Origin: Chrysemys picta bellii
Lineage: Eukaryota
NCBI RefSeq assembly: GCF_011386835.1
Contig: NC_088792.1
Coordinates: 170,686,001-170,750,000, forward strand
Reading direction: 5' to 3'
DNA: 64,000 nucleotides
The translations under genes were made by a program, and so were the position numbers. The first letter of the stretch is position 1. The number at the start of each line of letters is the position of its first letter. The notes beneath the pieces were generated by a model. That model saw only the letters and a program-made list of their open reading frames with translations, did no database searches and was not told the origin of the DNA. Below are positions 12,595 through 24,038 of the stretch, piece after piece.

Positions 12595-12712
12595 GAATAT
12601 TTACAATTGATTAAAAAATATTACCACACAGAGCCACAAGCTGTTGATTTCATGGGAGCAGCAGAAGAAGTCAGAAGAGAAATCAATTCCAGTGTTGAAT
12701 GCCAGACTGAAG
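12595..12712 (+). CDS. SERPINB2: SERPINB2-like coding exon 4 (EYLQLIKKYYHTEPQAVDF...INSSVECQTE-G)
   Basis: Acceptor gaag|GAA, donor AG|GTGAGC at 12713; 118 nt ending in phase 1, the canonical size. Confidence 0.92.
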
Positions 12713-13598
12713 GTGAGCTCAGGACTGTTCTTTTACCATTTACAAAGAGACATCATGTATTTTCCTACCCTAAATTGTTTATGAGGGGAGAGAGAGAAAA
12801 CGTTGACATTCCCTTTCAGTTATAATACTACTCGCACCACAAGGAAAAACACTGATGACTATTGCTTTCCATTTGCACAAATATTTATTATAACAATTTA
12901 ACCTTCATGTGTTTGAAGGCAATAAGGTACCACAGTGTTTGACCTGATACAAATACTTACATAGCAAAATGTGTTTCATTTTGATGGGATTCCATGCAAT
13001 GTGTTTGGGGGGTTCATTTTCTGTTATAAATAGTGTCATGAAACAGTCTGACAGAAAGGGTACATTCTGCTGAAACTCCTCAGAGGAGTTTGTAGGCCTT
13101 TTCTCCTCCAAAAATAGAAAGGGGTAAAGATGTTTCAGCACCAGGGTGAGATTCTGCAGCCCGAGAGATAAACTATGAGCCTCTTATATCTTTATACTGT
13201 ACTTTTATCACGTGTAGGCCATACTCACCACAGTAGTATCTATAAGCCTCACGCAAAATTAGTTTCCTCTCTTGGAGGCCACACTGGATTTTTTTTTTAT
13301 TTTGACACATCCCCACCTCTTCCTTTTTTTCTTCAGTCTTCTTTCTCTGTCAATGGGAGGAATCTAGATTAAGACTATCAATCGGGGTTATTACTAGCAA
13401 GAGGAAGCCTGAGTAGGGCAAAGTCACTGAAGGGGACCACAGATCCCAGCCCAATGTTTGAGGATATTTCACAATAGTCTCTTAAGACAGGAAGCTGCCC
13501 TACAAGTATGATCTCAATAGCACATATTCCAAAACTCCTAAATTTACTCCAAGCAGAAAAGCTGCACAAATATATGACTGTCTCACTATTTCCTAAAG

Positions 13599-13741
13599 GT
13601 AAAATCCAGGCGCTATTGCCTGTCAACTCTGTTGATTCACTCACCAAACTGGTGCTAGTCAATGCCCTCTACTTCAAAGGAAACTGGGCAAAGAAATTTA
13701 AGGATGGATTTACAAAGGAACAACCTTTCAGAATGAACAAG
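13599..13741 (+). CDS. SERPINB2: SERPINB2-like coding exon 5 ([29 protein letters not shown]...FRMNK)
   Basis: Acceptor taaag|GT, donor AAG|GTATGT at 13742; 143 nt; [11 protein letters not shown] serpin motif. Confidence 0.93.
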
Positions 13742-13921
13742 GTATGTGACTAAGCCATGAAATGTCATAAATGCTGGTGGACTGGAACAGATAGAAAAGC
13801 TAGGGAGAGACTCAGTCCCTCCATTTTCAAAAGCCTGCCGGTCTCTAAATCCTCACGGTGTCAGAGTTGTTTTAATTAAATCATAAGAATTCCCCTGCAG
13901 TATCTGCAATTCAAACAGCAC

Positions 13922-14037
13922 TAGGGTGACCAGATGGCCTGATTTTATAGGGACAGTCCCTATATTTTTCTTATATAGGCTCCTACTACCCCCCACCCCA
14001 TGTCCAGATTTTTCACATTTGCTGTCTGGTCACCCTA
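13922..14037. mobile_element. Short hAT-like MITE
   Basis: 13-bp perfect TIR TAGGGTGACCAGA / TCTGGTCACCCTA; TSD degenerate. Confidence 0.7.
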
Positions 14038-14112
14038 CACAGTGCACTCAGTTCAACCAACAGAGGAACTGACAATACACAGAAGTGAAACTTAGGGTTC
14101 AGGTCTGTTTTC

Positions 14113-15447
14113 AGGCTGTGTTTACACAGCAATGTCAGCCTCGGGTTAGTGGGACTCAAGTCAGCTGACCTGTGTCAGAGAACCCTGGGCTTGAGCGTCT
14201 ATATTGCATTTTAACACTAGGTTAAGATTTTCTGACCAGTGCTTGAACCTAGGGCTCTGGCATCCACACTGCAGTGCACAGACCAGAGTCAAAGTAAACA
14301 TATCCTAAGTGCCTAGTACCCCACACCCCATAATGTTGACACTGTAGCCTATTGCCCACCCTGTTTCCTAACTGTGAGGGTGCTACTGATGGGACTTAGA
14401 TGCCCACAAGGCGCACAGGAGTACATAAACCACATAATGAGCTCCTTTGGTGGCTGTCTCAGTAGAATGACTGCAGTTTGAGAAGGCTTTTTTCTAATCT
14501 CAGAATTGGGCTCTCCAGCTCTAGGCCGAGTCACATTGGCAGGAAAATACCCAAGTGCACCTGTAATGAGGAGAACATCGGTCTCCAGGGCTGTCAAACT
14601 ATTGAAATGAAACTTTTCAATTCTTAATTTTTAAAATGAGAAGCTCAATGAAGGTGTTTTTCTTTGGTTGGGTTTTTATTTATTCTTGTCTGTTTGAAGT
14701 TTGACATAAAATGAAGGTACCTGAAGAAAAACACACACCCCAGCCTGGCGGCTGCTGGCTGTGGAGTGGTGAAGTGCATCCCCATGGCCAGAGTGCAGTG
14801 TGCTCCAGCACCCTGTGGGCTCCCTTATGCCTGCACCCACTGTATCCCGGGAGGCAGGGATCAAGGATCCCCAGGGGGCTGCGGGAAAGTTTTGGGGCTA
14901 GCTCCCACTCACCACCCTCACAGTGCTCACTGCACCCCTGCAGATGCAGCTCCAGGGAGACCGGGGGGCGGGGGCCCGGTAGCAAGGGACAGAGAGCAGA
15001 TTGGGACCAAGCACTGATGGGGAGGGATGACCCCCAATATCCCAGCGACTAGGAGCCAGCTCCTGCCTGTCAGCTTTGCTCCCTGCTCCGGGCAAGCTCC
15101 ACGCAGCAGCAAGGAATAGCTGGAGCAGGAAGTGGGAGCGGGTTCAGCCAGGCAATAATGGCACTTCCAGCCACTGCTTTGGCTGCCTGCTTCTCTTCGC
15201 TGGGAACTCTGGGATATAGCCGGAGGACTTCTGGGTCCCGAGTCAAGTGAGGGCTGCGTGCACACAGGAAACCAATAGGGCTCAGACCCTAGGTCCCAAC
15301 TAAACACTGGCTGGGGCCCTCCAGCCCTGCAGGATCCTGTGACCCTAGATCTGAACCCTAGGTTAGCACATTTGGAGTGTGGATGCAAAGGGGGGTTGCC
15401 TTGAGCCAGGGCTCAAACCCGGGCTTAAACTGCTGTGCAGACATAAT
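14113..15447. mobile_element. Composite GC-rich DNA-transposon remnant (Harbinger-like ends)
   Basis: ggctgtgtttacac start and gtgcagacata end; GC-rich interior; internal structure unresolved. Confidence 0.35.
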
Positions 15448-15641
15448 CTCAGTATCAAAACTGAGAGGTTGAAATATCAGCATAAATAATGACAAATAAA
15501 TTGGTTCTATGAAGTATCACTTTTTAGTAACCTAACTCATTACAAGTAACACAGGCAAGAAAAATTAATGTTAATATTTAACTATATTGTTTTCACCTGA
15601 TCCTTTAAAAGTGGCATTTGTCCTCCTTTGCCTTGTTGCAG

Positions 15642-15809
15642 AATACAACTAAGCCAGTGCAGATGATGTTCCAGAGAGAGAAATTTAATTGGACCTACAT
15701 ACAAACAGTGCACACCCACATTATTGAGCTCCCATATGTCAATAATGACCTGAGCATGCTCATACTGCTACCAAATGACATCAGCGATGACACCACTGGC
15801 CTAGAAATG
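15642..15809 (+). CDS. SERPINB2: SERPINB2-like coding exon 6 (NTTKPVQMMFQREKFNW...TTGLEM)
   Basis: Acceptor ttgcag|AAT, donor ATG|GTAAAG at 15810; 168 nt. Confidence 0.93.
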
Positions 15810-16647
15810 GTAAAGAAATCAATCATATTAATACGGGGAATTCAATTGTTTTTACGTCCTACATGTTTATATGGCTGCTGTTTGATAGTAGGTGACACTC
15901 CATTCTTGTATTAAGAACGGGTGAAAAGATCTGGCTCAGGAAAAAATAAGAACAGCCCCAAAACATTGTCTAACACTCAGCGAATCTGAGCCTTTTTTGA
16001 CCTATGACAAGATTTTCACAGACCCGACACTTTTTTGCACTTCTTGCTGTCATCCAGTCCTAGAAGAAGCAGCCCCAAAATCCCCCAAGAAAGGCAGTTC
16101 TTTTAGCACAAGCAAAACTAGAGACTACTAGAACCCCAGACAAAAAGCCAGGATAGAGGGGAATACTTCATACTAAACAAATATCTACATCTTTGAAGGT
16201 TTCCCAGCACTAATCTGTAAGGACACCAGAGCCAGCAGTGCCCTTTCTCCGGCAAGACTCCCACTAACTTTAATTGGAGTTTTGCAAGGGGAGAAGCTCT
16301 GCTGGATCAGTTCCAAGAAGGGATGATGGAATTGCCATCATCTTCATTGTTCCTTTCCAGCTCCCCTCTTGAAAAAATACTAGGTGGCCGGATTTCCAAA
16401 TGTATTTTCATACAATAATATTTTAAATAAGGAAAAATATAACTTAGAACAACTCAGCTAACAAATACTGACTTAAGTATATGTGTAATTAATTAACAAT
16501 CATACTTTTCTGGTAGATTGCATGCGGATAAGCTAGAATGCCAGAAGCTCAACAGATACAACAATAAATTAACTGGGTTACTATTACGTAAAACAGGCCT
16601 CTGCTGCTATTACACTACAAATATTCAACACTGAAAGTATTCACTAT

Positions 16648-16929
16648 GTGGGGTCAGGAAGGAATTTTCCTCCAGGTCAGCTTGGCAGAGACCCAGGAGG
16701 GTTTCACCTTCCTCTGCAGCGTGGGGCATGTGTCACTTGCTGGTTTGAACTAGAGTAAATGGTGGATTCTCTGTAGCTTTAAATCTTTAAATCAAGGTTT
16801 GAAGACTTCGGTAACTCAGCCAGAGGTTATAGGCCTATTACAGGAGAGGGTGGGCATGATTCTGTGGCCTGTGATGTGCAGGACGTCAGACTAGATAATC
16901 GTGATTATCCCTTCTGGCTTTAAAGTCTG
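16648..16929 (+). mobile_element. CR1 3' UTR fragment
   Basis: ggtcaggaaggaattttcc ... gtcagactagat ... cccttctggctttaaagtct tail. Confidence 0.65.
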
Positions 16930-17149
16930 TTCAAACTTCCAGTTACTGCATTAACCTGCTGTAAGAAAACACACTGCTTTACAGTTCAGAAGACACCTGT
17001 AAACTAGCCAGAAGCTTTTCAGTGATCTTCACTATATTTGTAAACCATCTCTATAGTTTCTCCATTCAGGATTGTGAAGGACATCAATGTTAAAGAAGTT
17101 TCATTTTCACTGTGTAATTTCTGATTCTCTCTTTTTTAACTAACTGTAG

Positions 17150-17554
17150 CTAGAAAGAGACTTGACGTATGAGACATTATCCAGATGGACCAGCTCAGAA
17201 ATGATGGAGAAAATGGATGTGGACGTGTATCTGCCCAGGATCAAAATGGAAGAGAGTTATGACCTCAAATCTACTTTGAGCAGCATGGGGATGCGAGATG
17301 CCTTCAGTCAGGACCGAGCTGATTTCAGAGGGATGTCTGAGAAAAATAATCTGGTTTTGTCAAATGTTTTTCACAAGTGCTTTGTGGAGATCAATGAAGA
17401 AGGCACAGAGGCTGCAGCTGCCAGTGCGGCTTCTATGACATCACGAAGTCTCATTTCTGCCATTCAGTTTGCAGCAGATCACCCTTTCCTCTTCTTCATC
17501 AGGCACAATAAAACTAAGACCATTCTCTTCTTTGGCAGATTCTGCTCCCCGTAA
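17150..17554 (+). CDS. SERPINB2: SERPINB2-like coding exon 7 with reactive centre loop [15 protein letters not shown]|[14 protein letters not shown], stop TAA
   Basis: Acceptor ctgtag|CTA; 405 nt; inhibitory hinge; P4-P1 MTSR versus human PAI-2 MTGR (recalled). The exons sum to 1245 nt = 414 aa. Orthology rests on motifs and position, not a tree. Confidence 0.9.
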   Translation, partial: LERDLTYETLSRWTSSEMMEKMDVDVYLPRIKMEESYDLKSTLSSMGMRDAFSQDRADFRGMSEKNNLVLSNVFHKCFVEINEEGTEAAAASAASMTSRSLISAIQFAADHPFLFFIRHNKTKTILFFGRFCSP

Positions 17555-17789
17555 CCACTCAGATTTCTGTTGCTAAACAGGATCTTGCAGCAGCAGGACT
17601 GTACCACAAAGACATTGCCTTAGGTGTCTAAATAGCTGGGGTAATTTTACTTCACTTTCCTGTATTATTGGTCAATCTTTGTAGCTTTGGGAACAACAAA
17701 TAATGCAAATTACTAAGAATTTTTCTCTTCTGTTCATGTGATTAGAGGACTTGATAATGATAATATTGGGCTACAACTCTCAAAAGCAC

Positions 17790-17795
17790 AATAAA
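17790..17795 (+). terminator. Candidate poly(A) signal of the SERPINB2-like gene (a second AATAAA lies at 18395-18400)
   Basis: First AATAAA seen after the stop at 17554. Confidence 0.45.
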
Positions 17796-17854
17796 AATAC
17801 ACTGGTTGCTTTCTAAATGACTGTAAATTGCAGTCTTAGTACTGTTCAACTATA

Positions 17855-18022
17855 CAGTTTGCCAGAAGCTGGGAATGAGCGACAGGGGATGGATCACTTG
17901 ATGATTACCTGGTCTGTTCATTCCCTCTGGGGCACCTGGCACTGGCCACTGTTGGAAGACAGGATACTGGGCTAGCTGGATCTTTGGTCTGACCTAGTAG
18001 GGCCATTCTTATGTTCTTATGT
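17855..18022 (+). mobile_element. CR1 (or CR1-tailed SINE) 3' end
   Basis: Same tail as 11295-11445, ending attcttatgttcttatgtt. Confidence 0.8.
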
Positions 18023-18108
18023 TATAAAGCAGAACAAGTTTGATATAGAGAAATGCATCTCAGGAATAACACAATTACCTGTGCAGGCATACAAAGAGTA
18101 CACAAGCA

Positions 18109-18195
18109 GGGCCAGATCTTCAGTAGGTGCAGATTGGACCACCCCCACTGAAGTCAATGGAGCTAGGCCAATTATACCAGATGAGGATGTGGCCC
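18109..18195. repeat. Short palindromic dispersed repeat (GGGCCAGAT...GAAGTCAATGG...ATGTGGCCC)
   Basis: Related copies at about 19240-19330, 20650-20748, 42262-42345, 47683-47765, 60955-61015 and 61735-61810; old MITE-like family, unclassified. Confidence 0.55.
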
Positions 18196-18464
18196 ACAGT
18201 CTCATGAGTTATACTGACTTAAGATAGGCATGGCTAGCAACATAAAACCATTTGAATGTAAATGTTTTGTAATCTTTACATTTCTACTGGCATTTTTTCT
18301 TGTTTGCAGACTGCTTGCAAGTGTTCTATTTCCTCTGCAGATAACATGCCAATGTGCAAGTGTTGTACAAGAAACAACTGTGTGATCTATAAGAAATAAA
18401 ATGCATTTTTCTTACAACCATCTGCTTTGTAATAATTTTACTTTCAGCCAGCATCATACTAGGG

Positions 18465-19220
18465 CAGAGGTGGGTAAACTACAGCCCACGGGCCAGATTT
18501 GGAGCGCCAGCCATTTTAAGCCAGCCCTCGAGCTCCTGCTGTGCCACAGGGTCTGGGGCTTTCCCCACTCTGGCGCTCCAGCTGGGGAGCAGGGTCAGGG
18601 GCCACTCCAGGCTGCTCCTGGAAGCAGTGGCATGGCCCCACTCCAACTCCTACGCGTAAGGGCAGCCAGGGGGCTCCGCTCTGCATGCTGCCCCTGCCCC
18701 AAGTGCCGCCCCCACAGCTCCCATTGGCTGTGAACTGTAGCCAATGGGAGCTGCAGGGGCCTGTGGATGGGGCAGCGCGCAGAGCTGCCTGGCCGCGGCT
18801 CCGTGTGGGAGCCAGAGTGGGGACATGGCCGCTGCTTCCGGGAGCTGCTTGAGGTAAGTGCTGCCCAGAGTCTGCACCCCTGAGCCTATTCTTGCGCCCC
18901 AACGCCCTGCCCCAGCCCTGATCCCCCTCCCACCCTCCAAACCCCTCGATCCCAGCCTGGAGCACGCTCCTTCACTCCAAACCTCTCATCCCCAACCCTA
19001 CCCCAGAGCCTGCACCCCCAGCCGGACCCCTCAGCCCCTGTCACACACCCTACTCCCCCTGCCCAGCCTGGAGCCCCATCCTGCACCCTGAACTCATTTC
19101 TGGCCCACCCCAGAGCCCGCATCCCCAACCAGAACCCTCACCTTCTCCCGCACCCCAACCCCGCCATACAATTTCTATTCCCAGATTTGGCCCTTGGGCC
19201 AAAAATTTTGCCCTCACCTG
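18465..19220. mobile_element. Non-autonomous hAT element
   Basis: TIR CAGAGGTGGGTAAA / TTTGCCCTCACCTG, perfect 8-bp TSD TACTAGGG. Confidence 0.88.
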
Positions 19221-19403
19221 TACTAGGGACTAGTTTTCCACTGCCTTCTTCTAGTTTTATGACGGAGTAACCTCACTGAAATCGATGGAGTCACACTGGT
19301 GTAAACTAGGGCAATGGAGAATCAGGCCCTAAATATTTATCTGTAACTATCATGCAGTATGTTTATGCAGAACCCATATCTTCACACATTTTGGTGTTGG
19401 AGC

Positions 19404-19655
19404 CAGGGCTGGCTCCAGCTTTTTTGCTGCCCAAAGCGGCGAAGCAATAAATAAATAAATAAATAAATAAAGCAAGCCGCAGCAGCTCTATCGCGCCGCT
19501 TCATTCTTTGGCGGCAATTCGGCAGCCGGTCCTTCCCTCTGAGAGGTACTGAGGGACTCGCCACCGAATTGCCACCGAAGACCCGGACGTGCCACCCCTT
19601 TTCATTGGCCGCCCCAAGCATCTGCTTGGTTCGCTGGTGCCTGGAGCCGGCCCTG
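19404..19655. mobile_element. hAT MITE containing a (TAAA)n tract
   Basis: TIR CAGGGCTGGCTCCAG / CTGGAGCCGGCCCTG, perfect 8-bp TSD GTTGGAGC. Confidence 0.9.
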
Positions 19656-20901
19656 GTTGGAGCTCTTTGTTCAAATTCAGCAATCAGTTACAGTGGAATA
19701 AAATATTAGAAGCACAGAGTTTTTTGAGTAATTTCCTACCTTTTCTGGGACTGCTCCTAACTCTTTGAATTTAGGGCAGAGATTAAATAAGCTGGGTAAA
19801 CTAGTGAACCTCCAGCTCTATTGAAAATATTCCAACCTGCCTGCAAACACTTTGGAAGTCCACGTTGCTAGGATGCAGCACACACCTTTCTTTTTGGTGC
19901 TGCTTCCTGAATAGGAAAAGAACAAACATGAAATAAGATTACATAAAGTTTTATTTATTTTATTATACTCACTATGACTGCACGAACACATTCCATCTAA
20001 ATACTGTCCTGTTGAAGATAACAAGATAAAGCTGTGTGCTAAAACCCCAAAGAAGTCCCTATTATGGTATATGTCTACACAGACACACTTTCTAGGAAAG
20101 CGCTCCTTCATACAGCTTAGATTTTCAAAAACAAGGCAAGGTGAGGGTACATGTGCATTTCAGAATATCTTTTCTACTATTTTGGAGAGAGGAAACTCTT
20201 GGCTGCACATGAGCTATTAATTTTCATGCTGGGTCTCAGCATGAAACAAACAAACAAAAAAGCCTTTGAAGTTTTTAAGAAAATGTTTCAACATTTTAGC
20301 ATCCACTGCACTGAGCGTGGATCAGTTTGTGCATCCAGAGATGTTCTTTAGTCCAGCCTTTAAATTAAAAAGGGATACTAGCCCTCATCCTTCAGTACAC
20401 ACAGCACCCACAACTGCCTTGAATTAGAGAGAAACTTCCAACATGGGAATATCTTAGCGCTCATTCCATGCATTCTTTGACAAGCCCATTTTCAGAGTCT
20501 TACGTCCTCCACTTAAACATCTGGTATTGGTCACTGTTGGAGGTCGAATACCAGGCCAGTTAGACTGTTAGTCTGATTTGGTGGCGGCATGGCGGTATCT
20601 ATATTCCTAATGGTTTTAAATGAGGATGGTGGAGTCACAAAGTCTAATTGACCCCTGCATTTCTCCAGTTTTACACTGATATGCCTCAATTGAAATCTAT
20701 AGAGTTACACTGGTTTAAAACTGAAATAATGCAGTGGAGAATCAGGCCACACAGAACACCCAACCAGCACAAAGACAGACATTTGTGTTGTTTGGTGTAA
20801 GTTAAACGCTAACTGCACTTATTTTAAACAAAAGTCTCACCACTACCAAAAAGAGAGTCACAACGGACGACATCACCAGACATTCTTACATTAGGCCACT
20901 C

Positions 20902-21055
20902 TGTGGTATTTTTGTTTATCCTATGCCTAAAATAGCAGCTCTTATAAGATCATTGTATTCATCTTCTAAATTTCTAAGACTGCTGTTTAAAACACATACA
21001 ATGGATCAATAATCAGGTCAAACTTTACAACAAAAATTTCTGAAAAGTGGTGAGG
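20902..21055 (+). promoter_or_regulatory. Candidate promoter and non-coding first exon of the SERPINB10/MENT-like gene
   Basis: RUNX TGTGGT 20902-20907, GATA (TTTATC) 20915-20920, TTATAA 20942-20947, donor-like GTG|GTGAGG at 21050. Short motifs that can occur by chance. Confidence 0.3.
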
Positions 21056-21350
21056 AGTAAGAGTAGGTTTAGGTGGGGAAACATATTGGGGACTAGGAAT
21101 GGAGAATGTAGGCTAGAAGGAGAGTGAGCTGCAATCTCATTTTATTTCTAAACATATTTATTGCCAAACCAATATTGTGTATGTCAACAATCGGGGCAAA
21201 CTTTACAACAGAAAGTTCTGGAAACTGGTGGGGAGGAGGGGTAAACATAGGTGGCGAAATACATAGGGCAGTAAGAGTGGAGGATATAGGCCAGAAGGAA
21301 GCACAACTGTTTTATATTTCTAAATGTGTTTATTGCCTAACAAACAGACC
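21000..21350 (+). repeat. Diverged tandem duplication, period about 175 bp
   Basis: caaactttacaac...taggtgg...taggc.agaagga...tttctaaa...tttattgcc occurs twice (about 21015-21170 and 21195-21345). Confidence 0.7.
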
Positions 21351-22290
21351 CCAAAACGCAGCCGACAACACAAGTAATTCCTTCTCTCTCACAGGAATCT
21401 GAGGTAATGTAAATATTCGTATAGACATAATTAACTTTCTTTGAAACTTCTTTTTAACTACTTAAACCATGCAAGGGCAGATTAAATGATAAATTAAATG
21501 TTATGCAGTAAAACAGGGATTGCACATTTTCATTGTAAGTTTAATTTAGATTTCAATTCTTAGAAAACAGAGTGCAAGTATTATATACTTACAGAGTTTA
21601 AGAAAAGATACTGATATGGAGCAAAGGAATCAAAGGAAGAATTTTCTTGAGTAGATGACAAACCTGTTCCTTAAAATCTTAGATTAGATAAGTAAGGATA
21701 AATCTATTCAGGTGGTAGTTCTTGCTGTGAGATGGTACAACACAGCAAATTAATGAGTCAAGCACTAAATTGTTGTTCCCCTGAGGGGGAAGAAAAAGAT
21801 TTTTATTCTGTCATCCTCTTGTTAGTCTTCTCATAACAAAAGAATCCATGACTTAGAATGTGTTTGGATGCTCCATAATGCTTTGTTGACAGCCATGGAA
21901 CCCCAAAAGGGCAAAGACTGAGGCCCAGATTATCAAAGGTATTTAGGCACCTAAAGATGCAGAAAGGTGCCTACTGGTATTTTCAAAAGCATCAAAGCAG
22001 GTTAGGTGCCTAATTCATATTGAAATCTTTTTATAACAGTAAAGAGTGTGCATGATATGATTTGTGTGTTGTACAAGTACCTAGGGATCCATTTACAGCA
22101 GAAACTATAGGGCAAATAGTCTAAGGGAGTCTGGAATCATTGTCACTTCGATACATTTTCCAGTTTCTGAGGAAAGTTAGTTTATGATACAGAGAAAACA
22201 ACACAAGCTGGAGACCAAAGGAAAAATCTTGACTCCAGTAAAGTCAAACTGTTATACTCTGTCTTCATATATTTGTCTTAGGTTTCAGCA

Positions 22291-22458
22291 ATGGACTCTC
22301 TCTCAGCATCAAACGGTAGCTTTACTCTTGACCTTTTCAAAAAGCTGAATGAATCTTTTAAAGGCAAAAACATTTTCTTTTCCCCTTGGAGTATTTCATC
22401 TGCTCTGGCCATGACTTATGTGGGGGCAAAAGGTAACACTGCAACGCAGATGGCTGAG
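22291..22458 (+). CDS. SERPINB10: SERPINB10/MENT-like serpin, coding exon 1 of 7 ([22 protein letters not shown]...TQMAE)
   Basis: Acceptor tag|gtttcagca, ATG 22291, donor GAG|GTAGGT at 22459; 168 nt; [15 protein letters not shown]...MAE as in chicken MENT (recalled). Confidence 0.9.
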
Positions 22459-22708
22459 GTAGGTTGTGAAATTTGACTATGTACTGTATATATCTCGAGA
22501 TGACAAATGGTTCCTACACACGCTACAACAACCTGATACTACAGTATTAAACACAATGTCTTTGAAGGAATGGTGAATGGAAATGCTGGGTAGACTATAG
22601 GGAATAACAAATTCACTACAATTTTAACTAATTTCAGAATTTCCCAGTAACTCTCTGTACTCTACACTGTTCAGGTACTCTGGGCCAGATCCAGTGTTCT
22701 GTTCAAAG

Positions 22709-23148
22709 GGAAAGCTAAAATTGAAGGTCAAGTTCTAAACTACTGGGGCAACTCCCTGTAAAGAGGAGTTCCAGGTGGCAGCTCCTGGCCCTATTAGCTT
22801 GGGGGCTTTCCTGAGGTGAAAGGGGGCTTGGTCGGAGCACACTGATCCTGGGCAGCTGAGTGGCTCCTAGTAACTTCTCCATGTGTCTCCGTAACTTCCC
22901 TAGGCAGAGATCTCCTTTATTTACCTCAGTTTTCCAGAATTCTCTTTGGATTGAGGTTCTCTGAATCCAACAGGTAACCCACTGAGAGGGAAAAGTCCCC
23001 TACTCACACTGAGGACCCCATCATTTCTCAACACCTTTACTAGCCCCTGCATCTCACTTGCTCCTATACTTCCCAGAGTGGTGCTGCTGGTTTGCTAGAT
23101 AGGAGCCACCCCAATAGTTTAGAACCTGACCTTCCATTTTAGCTTTCC
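22709..23148. mobile_element. Unclassified MITE-like element with 40-bp inverted repeats
   Basis: 22709-22748 versus reverse complement of 23109-23148: 37 of 40 identical; no clear TSD. Confidence 0.65.
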
Positions 23149-23951
23149 GTTAAAACTCAATTTAACATTATTGTAAACATTTTTCTAAGATGTGAATATC
23201 AGCGTTCTGTACATAAATAAATGCCAATACTGAAAACGTGGCTTGGTTCGTCCATAGCTCTTCCATGACAGTCGGCTTACACGCACAATTGAAACCTTTT
23301 CAGTTTAGTCCTATTTCAGTCTATTTACATTTGCCTGAATTTTGCTAATAAAAATGATAAAGTTGCATAACCATTGTAATTTGCAGGGATCATACCTTGA
23401 ATTGTGTTTTGTTGCTTCTACTACCTCTGCTTTGAGCATAAATATATCTGATCATTACTATTTGATGGCTCTGTGATTACACCTTCATATGGCCATTCCG
23501 TGTACTCTGCAACTAAACTTCATTGTCTTTTTAATATAGCTTGTAAACCCTTGGGGGAAGCACTGAACCTTTTTATATTGTACAGCATCTAGCACATCAA
23601 TGATGCCCAATAATAAACAGAGTACAATAATAAATGGCTGAAACCATCATGAATTTCACATGGTCGGACTATATGTCAGAGTTAAGTTCCACCTGATTCA
23701 TAATGATGATCTGTTATTAAGCCAGCAATGTGACTGTGTGGTTATGACCTGGGTCTCAGTTACATTCAAATCATCATTGAAAATCATAGATATGGTGTCC
23801 TTAGCATGCTAAGTAGCAACCATCTTTGCTGACTAATTATAATAAATTGGAGGTTTTGACAATTAGGTCACTAGTAATTAATTTGTGTGTACATTTGTCT
23901 TAGATAGCGGTCTTCAAATATATTTACTATTTTTACAAACTCGGCTTGCAG

Positions 23952-24038
23952 GTGCTTCATTTTAAGAAAACTACAGGAACCGGAGGCTGTTTGCAGGTGA
24001 CAAGAACTTCTCGTGGGAGGCCAAAGAAAAGGAAGATG
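23952..24038 (+). CDS. SERPINB10: SERPINB10/MENT-like coding exon 2, CD/M-loop with AT-hook and NLS (VLHFKKTTGTGGCLQVTRTSRGRPKKRKM)
   Basis: Acceptor cttgcag|GTG at 23951/23952, donor ATG|GTATTC at 24039; 87 nt, open, phase 0/0; RGRP codons 24012-24023, PKKRK 24021-24035. Not in the ORF track. Confidence 0.88.

Noticed and set aside
14349-15388. Cluster of ORFs on both strands
   Set aside because: GC-rich transposon remnant in a serpin intron; stop-poor because of base composition.
17555-18420. PAI-2-type AU-rich element (UUAUUUAUU) in the 3' UTR
   Set aside because: No ATTTA pentamer was found by eye in this interval, so the human ARE does not appear to be conserved.
18401-19128. Overlapping Pro/Gly/Ala-rich ORFs
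   Set aside because: They lie inside the hAT element 18465-19220.
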